A stretch of DNA of 64,000 nucleotides from Clostridia bacterium (GTDB lineage: Bacteria > Bacillota > Clostridia > Oscillospirales > CAG-272): NCBI GenBank assembly GCA_017621475.1, contig JAGATA010000031.1:1929-65928 (forward strand), in the 5' to 3' direction. This document shows, in pieces, positions 41,806-50,366 of the stretch. Numbering within the stretch: position 1 is the first letter of the stretch; each line of letters begins with the position of its first letter. The position numbers and the translations under genes were made by a program. The notes under the pieces are model-generated. The model ran no database searches. It was not told the origin of the DNA and saw only the letters and a list, made by a program, of their open reading frames with translations.

Positions 41806-43992
41806 TTAGTCAACTGCCCATTTATCAATTGGTTCACCTGCGAGAAGCTTCGCCGTGTCGGAAATAAGTTTTTCAACAGATGCGCGGCGGATGCAGGAGC
41901 CCATCTTTTCTGCTGCTACCTTATCCTCAGAAAGAAGGGTTCTGGAACCGTCCGCTTCTATGCGGTAAGTTCTTGTAACAGCATTGGGTACAACGAGCAT
42001 ATACGTCTGGTTAAGGAGCTTGGAAACGTTGCCATTTGCATCAACCACCTCATCGTACATATCGTAGAAATCGTATTCGTAAGTTGTAACGGTATATTCC
42101 GCAGTAGCGTCTTTAAGCGCAAGATACGTGGGAACTATCTCATTATCCTCGTTATAAGTGTAGGAACGGGGCTTCATTTCGCCATCCGCTGTGTCCTTTT
42201 CTTTTATGAAATATCTTCCCGCAAGCTCGTTATAATAAGCTTTTTCGTAAGTGAGCGTTTTGCCGTTTGCGGAAGTACCCGTAAGATTATTTACAACAAC
42301 GTTACCGCCGATATACTGAACGGTTACATAGCCGCCGTTTTCAATGACCCTTGTGTCCCCGTCGTATTTATAAAACTGGCTGCTTCTGTCGCGCACGATC
42401 GTCTGCGCTTCAACGCGAAGAACGGGCTTTTGTTCTGCGGGAATTTCTCTTATATCTTCGCTTGTATCAATCATTCTTGTGATAAGAACGTAGTAAAGAT
42501 TACGGAACTCTTCAAAAGGTCCGGAGAAATTCGTATCATATTTCGTTTTTTCAAACTCAACGTCGTAAACAAGGTCCTTGCCTGCGCCGTCTTTTATAGC
42601 AGTAGTGCCTGCGGCGTTAGACACGTCAACGTGGTAAGTATATGCGTTACCCGTAAGAGTAAAGCGAACGTCCGTCTTTTTATCTGCGGAAAGAACAGAG
42701 AAATAGTCGAGAGATCCGATCGCTTCAAAGAAGAGTCTGTCGCTCGTGTAGCCTGTTACAGGCCAAGAAACGAAATCGAATGCTGCGGAATCTACCATAA
42801 AGATCTCATACTGGGAGGGGGAATATACATAATAACATTCCGCACCCGTGGGAAGAAGCTTCTTCTCGCTTATATAAAGCGTATTTTCATAAGGCTCACC
42901 TTTGTTATTTTGGCAAGCATAGGTAAACTTGATATAGTTTTTATCCGTACCCGCTTCAAGTCTTTCGAGATTGAGGTCAAGACCGTATTTCTCATAGATC
43001 GCAGGATCGTGAACTTCATCACCCAAAGCAACGACCGCCGTTGCTTCCATATAAGAGAGTGCTGTAAGAACTACGCTTTCAAAATTCGTATCGTTTATGA
43101 GGTAACCTCTGGGATATTCTATTTCGTAAGCAGAGGATGTTGCTGTTTCTGTGTTTTCGTTTGCACCGATCTTGATGATAAGCTTGCGTTCACCATCTAT
43201 AACTCTGTGTATTTCAAAGTTGGAAAGATATGCAACGCCATTGCCCACATACTCACCGATGATAGGGGAAACAAGACCGGTTTTATCATAAAGGAGTGTT
43301 GCGGATGTCGTTGTATCAAGAACGTAAACTATATAATAGGAAGAAGTTGTACCGTTTTCGTCTGTAACGGTGTTCATTCTATTTTCGCCTTCAACATAAG
43401 CGTAATGGCTTGTACCTGTAGGAAGAGCATCGCCGATGAACACGCGGTAAGCTTCTCCGCTTTCAAGCGTTACTCTGAACCAAGAGGGATCGGATGCTTC
43501 GTCCAACCCGTATTTTGCAAGGTCTTCTTTCGTTGCATATTCATCCGCGCGGTAATTTTTGCTGTCCGCCGCAATAGCAACGGGCTGACCTGCGGAAACT
43601 ACAATGCCTGCAAGAGCGTATTCATCAAGTACAACGCCCTCGCCGCCTTCAAGGGTGAAGGTTCTGCCGATGGCGCTTCCCTTACCGTTGAGCACGTAAG
43701 AGCCGTTTTTGTTTTTAACCTCTATTTTAGTCATCTCGGCTCTTTTGTACGGGCCAACGACATAGAGAGTGGAACCATCGTAATATTCACCTTCATAAGT
43801 ATAGGTAACTTCCGCTGTACGGTCCTGTATCATCGGATAGATGAAAAAATAGAATACTGCGAAAAGAAGCGCTATCGCAAGTCCTATAATAATGAAGATA
43901 TACTGCTTCTGCAGGGTGGTCTTGCCGGTTTTAACGGCAACACTGCCCGCAGCATTTTCCGGGGTTTCTGCTGTTTTGATATTTTTTCTCAT
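41806..43992 (-). CDS. N-terminally anchored extracytoplasmic protein, DUF4340-like, last gene of the GldA/F/G-like ABC operon (728 aa)
   Basis: ATG 43992 overlaps the upstream stop (ATGA); the track start 44073 lies inside the upstream gene. TM YIFIIIGLAIALLFAVFYFFIY, then a large beta-rich ectodomain. The family call rests mostly on position after the GldG-like gene. Confidence 0.55.
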   Translation of the reverse strand: MRKNIKTAETPENAAGSVAVKTGKTTLQKQYIFIIIGLAIALLFAVFYFFIYPMIQDRTAEVTYTYEGEYYDGSTLYVVGPYKRAEMTKIEVKNKNGSYVLNGKGSAIGRTFTLEGGEGVVLDEYALAGIVVSAGQPVAIAADSKNYRADEYATKEDLAKYGLDEASDPSWFRVTLESGEAYRVFIGDALPTGTSHYAYVEGENRMNTVTDENGTTSSYYIVYVLDTTTSATLLYDKTGLVSPIIGEYVGNGVAYLSNFEIHRVIDGERKLIIKIGANENTETATSSAYEIEYPRGYLINDTNFESVVLTALSYMEATAVVALGDEVHDPAIYEKYGLDLNLERLEAGTDKNYIKFTYACQNNKGEPYENTLYISEKKLLPTGAECYYVYSPSQYEIFMVDSAAFDFVSWPVTGYTSDRLFFEAIGSLDYFSVLSADKKTDVRFTLTGNAYTYHVDVSNAAGTTAIKDGAGKDLVYDVEFEKTKYDTNFSGPFEEFRNLYYVLITRMIDTSEDIREIPAEQKPVLRVEAQTIVRDRSSQFYKYDGDTRVIENGGYVTVQYIGGNVVVNNLTGTSANGKTLTYEKAYYNELAGRYFIKEKDTADGEMKPRSYTYNEDNEIVPTYLALKDATAEYTVTTYEYDFYDMYDEVVDANGNVSKLLNQTYMLVVPNAVTRTYRIEADGSRTLLSEDKVAAEKMGSCIRRASVEKLISDTAKLLAGEPIDKWAVD

Positions 43993-45560
43993 GAATGGCG
44001 TCTCCTTATCCAAACGACAGTGCCGGCGGTAATGAACGCAAGCGGGATAACCGCAACGCAAGCTATCGTCCAAGCATTTGTCTGCGCGCTTGTAACGGAA
44101 AGAGTGTTATCGTCAAAAGCTTTGTACTTGATATCATCAAAAGTCACCGTGCCGCTCCACATAAGTCCGAGGGAGTAGTACATAAGCATTTTGTTATAGT
44201 TGGAATTATCGTAATCGGAATTTACAAAGTCGGAAGAACCGATGCACATAATGTAATGTGTTGTTTCATCGCCCTGGTTAACATCGCCTTCGATAAGAGT
44301 GATGGAAGCAAGTGCTGTTTCCGCATTCTTGGGAACTTCGCCTTCGACCTTAGCGGTGTTATAGGGAGCGAGGAGAACTTCGCAGGTAGCTCTGCCGTTT
44401 GTGGGAACGATTATCTTGGAATCATCGTAAACGTAGATTGCACGTGGGTTTGTGAAGATGGAGGGAGCCTGGTTGCTGCCGGAGCCCATCGTACCCTGGA
44501 TAAGCTGTTTGGAGATGCTATCCTTTGTACCGCTGTAATCCGCAAGGATCTTTGTAGCGCCGGAGCCTGCAACGTCATGATCTTTATCGGTGATGATACC
44601 GCCAATGCCAATGCCCCATTCGCTCATAAGGTTGTTGAACGCGGGAAGATTGGATGTTGTTGCATCAAGAGTTATGATAACGTTGCCGTACTGTGTTGCC
44701 GCAAATCTGCGGATCTTCTTAACTTCGTTTACGCCGCCTTCGGAATTGTCAACGAAAAGGTCCGTCTTGGGAAGGTTTATAAAAAGAATGGAACCTTTTG
44801 TAATATCTTCAGGGAAATCCTCGTAAATGAGGTTGATCTCCTTAACGGAGAAACCCGCATCCTCAAAGAGGGCTACCCAATCCGCGCCCTGCTCTATAGT
44901 AGCCTCCCCATGACCTTTGAGGTAGTAAACGATGGGGGCTGTTTCTTCGCTCACCTTACCGGAAAGCTGAGCAAAAGCGGAAAGGAGCTTTGCTTCCGCA
45001 TTGTATGCGAAAACTTCGTTTGTATCGGAGTCAACCATATAGAAAGTGTTAATAGCAAGTTTTTTATAACCAAGGTCGCTCTTGGAGTTGTGATCCTTAT
45101 CTGCAACTTCTATAATAACGTCCGTAATAGAATAGTTATCGGAAGAAGTTTTCTGGTAACGATCTTTAACGAGCTCGGGGTTCTGCGTGGAGTTTATCGC
45201 CTGAAGTTCGATGTGGTCGTTCATAGCAACGACCTGCTTGATGGAACGGTAAACGTAATATGTTGTTGTGCTGTAATCTTTGAAAGCATCCTCATCCATA
45301 AGGAGAACGATGTTGAAGTAAAGGTCGTTTGTCTCGTCTGCATCGTAGTTTACATCAAGAAGACCTTCAAGGTTCTTTTCAAACTCTTCGGACATAGAGT
45401 AAACTGATTTACCCGTAAGGTCGGCATACCAGGAGAACGTGTTACCCAAGGAAGCGATAACAAGGTTCAAAAGAATTACCGCCGCAACGACAACCGCTGT
45501 AAACGCGGCAGCAACACCGCCGTATTTAAGGTTTCTTTTATTTATTGTTTTCTTTGTCAT
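43989..45560 (-). CDS. GldG-like ABC-transporter auxiliary protein (523 aa)
   Basis: N- and C-terminal TM helices bracket a large extracytoplasmic domain. It follows the ABC-2 permease and ATPase, the canonical GldA-GldF-GldG-like order. Confidence 0.65.
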   Translation of the reverse strand: MTKKTINKRNLKYGGVAAAFTAVVVAAVILLNLVIASLGNTFSWYADLTGKSVYSMSEEFEKNLEGLLDVNYDADETNDLYFNIVLLMDEDAFKDYSTTTYYVYRSIKQVVAMNDHIELQAINSTQNPELVKDRYQKTSSDNYSITDVIIEVADKDHNSKSDLGYKKLAINTFYMVDSDTNEVFAYNAEAKLLSAFAQLSGKVSEETAPIVYYLKGHGEATIEQGADWVALFEDAGFSVKEINLIYEDFPEDITKGSILFINLPKTDLFVDNSEGGVNEVKKIRRFAATQYGNVIITLDATTSNLPAFNNLMSEWGIGIGGIITDKDHDVAGSGATKILADYSGTKDSISKQLIQGTMGSGSNQAPSIFTNPRAIYVYDDSKIIVPTNGRATCEVLLAPYNTAKVEGEVPKNAETALASITLIEGDVNQGDETTHYIMCIGSSDFVNSDYDNSNYNKMLMYYSLGLMWSGTVTFDDIKYKAFDDNTLSVTSAQTNAWTIACVAVIPLAFITAGTVVWIRRRHS

Positions 45561-45583
45561 TTTTAATTATCCTCCGATCATAA

Positions 45584-46294
45584 TTATGCCCAACGGCGTC
45601 TTTCAAGCACTCTTACCGTGAGGAAAAGGAACAAGCCGGAAAGGGATACGTAATATACGAGCGCGGGCCAATCGAACACGCCGGAAGCAAAGGAAACGTA
45701 ACGGGATGTTACGGAGAGCGAGGAGATGACCGTGCGAATAAACCCGTTATTGATGTAGCTGTTAAGCGTACTTGCGAAAATAAAGGGAACAAGCATTGCC
45801 ATTGTGCTGAACGCGGCGATAAACTGGTTTTCGGTAAGTGCAGATGCGAAAACGCCTATGGCAATAAATGCGCCGCCCGCAAGGAGAACCGCAAATGCGC
45901 AGCAGAAATAGATAACTGCGTTGGGATTGCCGTAAAGAGAAAGCGGAATGTAATAAATAACGGAGGAAACAGCGAAAGAACCGCCGAACACAGTATATGC
46001 CGCCAAGTATTTTGCAATAACGATACCGGGAAGTGTAACGGGACCTGTAAGTATGAGCTGTTCTGTTCTGAGTTTTCTTTCTTCGCTCATCAACTTCATC
46101 GTAAGAAGAGGAATGATTGCAACGAAAAGAACAAGTATAAGCTGGAAGTAGGAGCCGGGGCTGCTGGCTTCACCCTGCTGGAGTGTATTGGACATAAAAA
46201 ACCATGCGCTTACAGCCATAAAAATAGCAACGAAGATATAGCCGATAGGCGATGTAAAGTAGGAGCGCATTTCGCGCTTGTAGATAGCGATCAT
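45584..46294 (-). CDS. ABC-2 type transporter permease (GldF-like, 236 aa)
   Basis: MIAIYKREMRSYFTSPIGYIFVAIF... is the typical N-terminus of this family. Six predicted TM helices. Confidence 0.8.
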   Translation of the reverse strand: MIAIYKREMRSYFTSPIGYIFVAIFMAVSAWFFMSNTLQQGEASSPGSYFQLILVLFVAIIPLLTMKLMSEERKLRTEQLILTGPVTLPGIVIAKYLAAYTVFGGSFAVSSVIYYIPLSLYGNPNAVIYFCCAFAVLLAGGAFIAIGVFASALTENQFIAAFSTMAMLVPFIFASTLNSYINNGFIRTVISSLSVTSRYVSFASGVFDWPALVYYVSLSGLFLFLTVRVLERRRWA

Positions 46295-46296
46295 TT

Positions 46297-47259
46297 TTAT
46301 TTATTTCCCCCTTTTTTCTGTTCGTGTTCGCTTTCGTCAACAACGGAGATGAACACGTCTTCGAGATTTGCGCCGGGAAATTCCAGCGAAAGTATGGGCC
46401 AGTTGTTCTTGGCAAGCATATAGAACATAGGCTTTCTTATATCAACGTCATTCTGGCTTTCGATAAGGAAGGAAGCCGTTCCGTCGCCGTATTCGGCACC
46501 AATGCTTGCATATACAACACCCGTAAGTTTTTTAAGTTCCGCAAGAACGCGTTCACAGGGGCCGTCAACGCGCACGGAGATGCGGCGGTTGCCGCGAAGC
46601 TCCCCCTCTATATTTCCCGTAAGCTGGTCTGCAACGATCTTACCATCATTTATGATGAGAATTCTATCGCAGATGGATTTTACCTCGGAGAGGATATGAG
46701 TGCTGAGTATTACCGTGTGGTCTTTACCAAGCTCTTTTATAAGGTTGCGGATATCGATTATCTGCTTGGGGTCAAGACCGTTCGTAGGTTCGTCAAATAT
46801 GATAACTTCCGGGTTGCCCACGATAGCGCCCGCGATACCTGTACGCTGGCGGTAGCCTTTGGAAAGGTTTTTGATCATACGGTTTTCCGTGCCTTCAAGC
46901 TTTACAACGCGGATAATTTCGTTGATATGTTCGCGGCGGTTGAGCTTGCATTTGCGAAGGTCATAGATGAAGTTGAGATATTCGCGAACCGTCATATCGA
47001 GGTAAAGCGGCGGCTGTTCTGGCAAAAAGCCTATTTTTTTCTTAACATCCATAGGATGTTCAAGAATATCGAGTCCATCGACCATAGCTTTGCCCGATGT
47101 AGAAGAGAGATAGCCTGTGAGTATGTTGAGTGTTGTGGATTTACCCGCACCGTTAGGTCCAAGGAAACCGACGATCTCACCTTTGCGAACTTCAAAGCTG
47201 ATATCGTTTACAGCATATCTGTCTCCGTATTTTTTTACAAGGTGTTCTACTTTTATCAT
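46297..47259 (-). CDS. ABC transporter ATP-binding protein (GldA-like, 320 aa)
   Basis: GGGAGG RBS. Walker A GPNGAGKST, signature LSKGYRQR, Walker B IIFDEPTNGLD. Confidence 0.9.
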   Translation of the reverse strand: MIKVEHLVKKYGDRYAVNDISFEVRKGEIVGFLGPNGAGKSTTLNILTGYLSSTSGKAMVDGLDILEHPMDVKKKIGFLPEQPPLYLDMTVREYLNFIYDLRKCKLNRREHINEIIRVVKLEGTENRMIKNLSKGYRQRTGIAGAIVGNPEVIIFDEPTNGLDPKQIIDIRNLIKELGKDHTVILSTHILSEVKSICDRILIINDGKIVADQLTGNIEGELRGNRRISVRVDGPCERVLAELKKLTGVVYASIGAEYGDGTASFLIESQNDVDIRKPMFYMLAKNNWPILSLEFPGANLEDVFISVVDESEHEQKKGGNK

Positions 47260-47473
47260 TCCGGTAGTAGCCTCCCATTTTATTTTTCTTGTTATTTATT
47301 TGTCATTCCTTAACAGAAATAATGTTTTCTATGTAAAAATGCAAAATGAACATATTTATTATATACCCCAAAAGCGGTTTTGTCTATACTTATGCGCCAT
47401 TTTTGCGCCTATTTAAGTCATTTTTTACAAAACGGACAAAAATTAAGGGGAATTTTTTATACTTATTCGAGGA

Positions 47474-47820
47474 GTTAAAACGCGCGACGTTTTAACAAAA
47501 ATATTATCCTCACTTTTTCTTTTTGAAAGAAAAAGTGACAAAAAGAAGCAAAAACCTTGCAGGTTTATCGCCTGCAAAATTTTTTATTCAAATCGACGTT
47601 CGAGTTGAGCGCAAACACAACGACTATTGAACTAATAGTTTTGAGAAATTTTAGTGTCGTTTGTGTGCAGCGCGAGTGTCCGAGAACGATAACGATAGTC
47701 GAAGTCCGCACACGCCGCTAAAGCCGACGCGAGGCTTTTTTACTTCTTTTGCTCCGCTTTTCTTTTAAACAAAGAAAAGCGGAAATATAATAATTCGAGA
47801 AAACGCGTGCGTTTTCTCTC
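47474..47820. repeat. Hairpin-bounded intergenic repeat element, copy A (related to 55893-56430)
   Basis: Contains palindromes GTTAAAACG-CGCGA-CGTTTTAAC (47474-47496), CACTTTTTCTTT-TTG-AAAGAAAAAGTG (47511-47537), CCGCTTTTCTTT-TAAAC-AAAGAAAAGCGG (47754-47782) and GAGAAAACGC-GT-GCGTTTTCTC (47797-47818). Conserved blocks CGACGTTCGAGTTGAGCG and GTCCGAGAACGATAAC...AGTCCGCACA...CTTTTT.CTTCTTTTGC are shared with copy B. Confidence 0.75.
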
Positions 47821-47835
47821 CTTACCACAAAACTA

Positions 47836-47864
47836 TTGACAAAAAAGCACATCTGTGATAGAAT
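47836..47864 (+). promoter_or_regulatory. sigma-A promoter of the pyr operon
   Basis: TTGACA (47836-47841), a 17-nt spacer ending in TGa, then TAGAAT (47859-47864). Confidence 0.65.
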
Positions 47865-47882
47865 ATTATACGAGAAAAAAAT

Positions 47883-47916
47883 CTTTAAAACGGTACCGTG
47901 AGACCGGTAAGATTGG
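47883..47916 (+). promoter_or_regulatory. Candidate PyrR-type binding loop in the pyr leader
   Basis: CTTTAAAACGGTACCGTGAGACCGGTAAGATTGG. A 5-bp stem TACCG/CGGTA closes the hexaloop TGAGAC. It resembles the PyrR box ..UUUAA..(A/G)UCCAGAGAGGCU.. as I remember it. No pyrR gene is in the window. Confidence 0.35.
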
Positions 47917-47968
47917 TAGCATATATACGTATATAGGATATTTATATATAAATATAAAGGCTATTTTT

Positions 47969-48003
47969 ATGTCTTGCCGCACGGTGGCAGGGCATTTTTA
48001 TTG
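47969..48003 (+). terminator. Leader (attenuator) terminator upstream of pyrC
   Basis: ATGTCTTGCC-GCACGGT-GGCAGGGCAT, a 10-bp stem including G-U pairs, followed by TTTTTATTG. It lies between the promoter and the pyrC RBS AGGAGG (48012-48017). Confidence 0.6.
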
Positions 48004-48022
48004 CCCGGAAAAGGAGGATTCG

Positions 48023-49288
48023 ATGAAAACTATCCTTAAAAACGGAAACGTTTTTATGAACGGCGAACTTTGCGCCCTTGATATTCTTATCGAAGATTGC
48101 TGCATTAAAGAAATAGCTAATAATATTGACGACAAAAACGCGGAGATCATTGATGTTCGCGGTCTTGCCGTCTTTCCCGGTTTTTCGGATGTTCACGTGC
48201 ATCTTCGAGAACCGGGTTTTTTATCGAAAGAGACGGTCAAAACAGGAACGCTCGCGGCGGCACACGGCGGCTACACAACGGTATGCTCCATGCCCAACCT
48301 CGACCCCTGCCCCGACACGATGGAACATTTGCAAATTCAGCTCGACGCCATCAAGCGTGACGCTTGCATAAACGTAGTTCCTTATGGTACAATAACTATA
48401 GGGGAAAAAGGCGAAACTCTTTCTGAAATGGACGCAATGGCAAGCTCCGTTGCCGCTTTCTCCGATGACGGACGCGGCGTGCAGAACGACGATATGATGC
48501 TTTCCGCAATGGAAAAAGCAAAGAGCCTTGGCAAGCTTATCGCCGCGCATTGCGAAGATAACTCTCTTCTCTTCGGCGGCTACATTCACGACGGCGAATA
48601 TGCAAAAGCGCACGGACACCGCGGTATCTGCTCCGAAAGCGAATGGAAACAGGTTGAGCGCGACCTTGAGCTTGTGCGCAAGACCGGAGTTTCCTACCAC
48701 GTTTGCCACATTTCCGCAAAAGAAACTGTGGATCTTATAAGGAACGCTAAAAAAGAAGGGCTTGACGTAACGTGCGAAACGGGCCCCCATTACCTTACTA
48801 TGACAGATGCGGACCTGAGGGAACACGGCAGATTTAAAATGAACCCCCCGCTTCGTGCAGAGGAAGACAGAAAAGCGCTCCTTGCAGGACTTTTGGACGG
48901 CACGATCGATATGATAGCAACAGACCACGCTCCCCACACAGCGGAAGAAAAGAGCCGCGGGCTTGAAAAGAGCCCGATGGGCGTTGTAGGTCTTGAAACA
49001 GCGTTCCCTGTTCTCTATACGGAGCTTGTTAAAACAGGTATCGCACCGCTTTCTCTTATCATAGAGAAAATGAGCGAAAACCCCGCAAAGAGATTTTCCC
49101 TTGGCGGCGGCAAAATAGAAGTCGGCGCACGCGCAGACCTTTGCGTGTTCGACCTTGACAAAGAGTACATAATAGATTCTTCGGAATTTTTATCTATGGG
49201 AAAAGCGACCCCCTTTGAAGGCAAAAAAGTCTTCGGCCGCGCTAAAATGACAATTTTTGGAGGTAAAACAGTATGGCAGGAAAAATGA
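48023..49288 (+). CDS. pyrC: Dihydroorotase (421 aa)
   Basis: AGGAGG RBS then ATG 48023; the track start 47855 runs through the promoter and leader. Metal ligand motifs DVHVHLREPG, AFSDDG, AHCED, HVCHIS, ATDHAPH. Confidence 0.95.
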   Translation: MKTILKNGNVFMNGELCALDILIEDCCIKEIANNIDDKNAEIIDVRGLAVFPGFSDVHVHLREPGFLSKETVKTGTLAAAHGGYTTVCSMPNLDPCPDTMEHLQIQLDAIKRDACINVVPYGTITIGEKGETLSEMDAMASSVAAFSDDGRGVQNDDMMLSAMEKAKSLGKLIAAHCEDNSLLFGGYIHDGEYAKAHGHRGICSESEWKQVERDLELVRKTGVSYHVCHISAKETVDLIRNAKKEGLDVTCETGPHYLTMTDADLREHGRFKMNPPLRAEEDRKALLAGLLDGTIDMIATDHAPHTAEEKSRGLEKSPMGVVGLETAFPVLYTELVKTGIAPLSLIIEKMSENPAKRFSLGGGKIEVGARADLCVFDLDKEYIIDSSEFLSMGKATPFEGKKVFGRAKMTIFGGKTVWQEK

Positions 49289-50364
49289 ACAAAAAAATCG
49301 TGCTTGAAGACGGTTCCGAATTTTACGGATACGGTTTCGGCGCGCAGAGTACATCGCGCGTTTGCGAAATAGTCTTCGACACATCTATGGTAGGATACCA
49401 GGAGATCGTATCCAACCCCGTTTATGCGGGCGCGGCTGTCGTTATGACATATCCGCTTATCGGTAACTACGGTATCACGGACGAAGATTTCGAAGCAAAA
49501 ACAGCTTCTATCGGCGCTCTTATCGTAAGAGAATACAACGATTTCCCCTCCAACTTCAGATATACGAAAACTCTTTCCGAATACCTTGAAGAAAACGGCG
49601 TTCCCGGTATCTACGGTATGGACACAAGAGAGCTTACACGCAAGATCCGCGACGGGGGCACTTGTAAAGCTATCATAGTGGATGCAGACGTTCCCACAGC
49701 AGAATCAGTTGAAGCTATCAAAAACGATCGCGATGCAAAAAACCTTGTTGCACAGGTTTCTTGTGCTAAAAGATGGTATGCGCGCACGGCAAACGCAAAA
49801 TTCTCCGTTGTCGCTATCGACTGCGGTCTTAAACTCAGCACAGTACGCACGCTCAACGAAATGGGCTGCAACGTAACGGTTCTTCCCGCAACAAGCACAG
49901 CCTCCGACGTTGAGATGATGAAGCCCGACGGCGTGCTTATTTCCCAAGGTCCCGGCAACCCCGAAGATGTAAAAGACGTTATCGCTCTTGTAAAAGCGCT
50001 TGCCGGCAAATATCCTATGTTCGGTATCGGTCTTGGACACCAGATAATCGCTCTTGCTTACGGCGCAAAAACTTCCAAGATGAAGTTCGGCCACCACGGC
50101 TGCAACCACCCCGTCAAGACACTTGCAACAGGCAAGATGGAAACAGTTACACAGCATTACAACTACATTGTAGATGCAGACAGTGTGGACGGCACGGACC
50201 TTGAAGTAACTCACATCGATATCCTCGATAAAACGGTTGCAGGTCTTGCTTGTGCAAAAGACAAAGTATTCTCCGTTCAGTTTGAGCCCACAACAATGTC
50301 CGGCCCCGATGGAAGAAAGAATCTCTATGAACAGTTTATCGCTCTTATGAAGGAGGGCAAATAA
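49273..50364 (+). CDS. carA: Carbamoyl-phosphate synthase small subunit homolog lacking the glutaminase catalytic triad (363 aa)
   Basis: GGAGG RBS 9 nt before ATG 49273 (alternative ATG 49285 overlaps the pyrC stop). Clear CarA similarity throughout, but FGIGLGHQ replaces FGICLGHQ, and SVQFEPT replaces SFQGHPE. Confidence 0.85.
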   Translation: MAGKMNKKIVLEDGSEFYGYGFGAQSTSRVCEIVFDTSMVGYQEIVSNPVYAGAAVVMTYPLIGNYGITDEDFEAKTASIGALIVREYNDFPSNFRYTKTLSEYLEENGVPGIYGMDTRELTRKIRDGGTCKAIIVDADVPTAESVEAIKNDRDAKNLVAQVSCAKRWYARTANAKFSVVAIDCGLKLSTVRTLNEMGCNVTVLPATSTASDVEMMKPDGVLISQGPGNPEDVKDVIALVKALAGKYPMFGIGLGHQIIALAYGAKTSKMKFGHHGCNHPVKTLATGKMETVTQHYNYIVDADSVDGTDLEVTHIDILDKTVAGLACAKDKVFSVQFEPTTMSGPDGRKNLYEQFIALMKEGK

Positions 50365-50366
50365 TT

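Noticed and set aside
41662-44178. An 838-aa plus-strand ORF, and similar long antisense ORFs (6879-8105, 13142-13822, 15191-15835, 35626-36594, 43995-45407, 46324-47313, 50409-52085, 52545-53561, 54307-55191, 55191-55967)
   Set aside because: All are in codon register opposite genes with clear family motifs (ABC operon, EF-G paralog, carB, pyrD, pyrF, etc.). They have Cys/Phe/Val/Arg-rich compositions and no recognisable motifs or RBS. They are by-products of codon bias.
47855-48022. ORF-track N-terminal extensions of pyrC (47855), pyrF (55101), pyrE (56389), pyrB (57011), clpB (32018), the lipoprotein (59944), the M3 peptidase (61913) and the DUF4340-like gene (44073)
   Set aside because: The extensions run through promoters, leaders, repeats or the preceding gene. 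In each case an internal ATG preceded by a good Shine-Dalgarno sequence gives the canonical family N-terminus.
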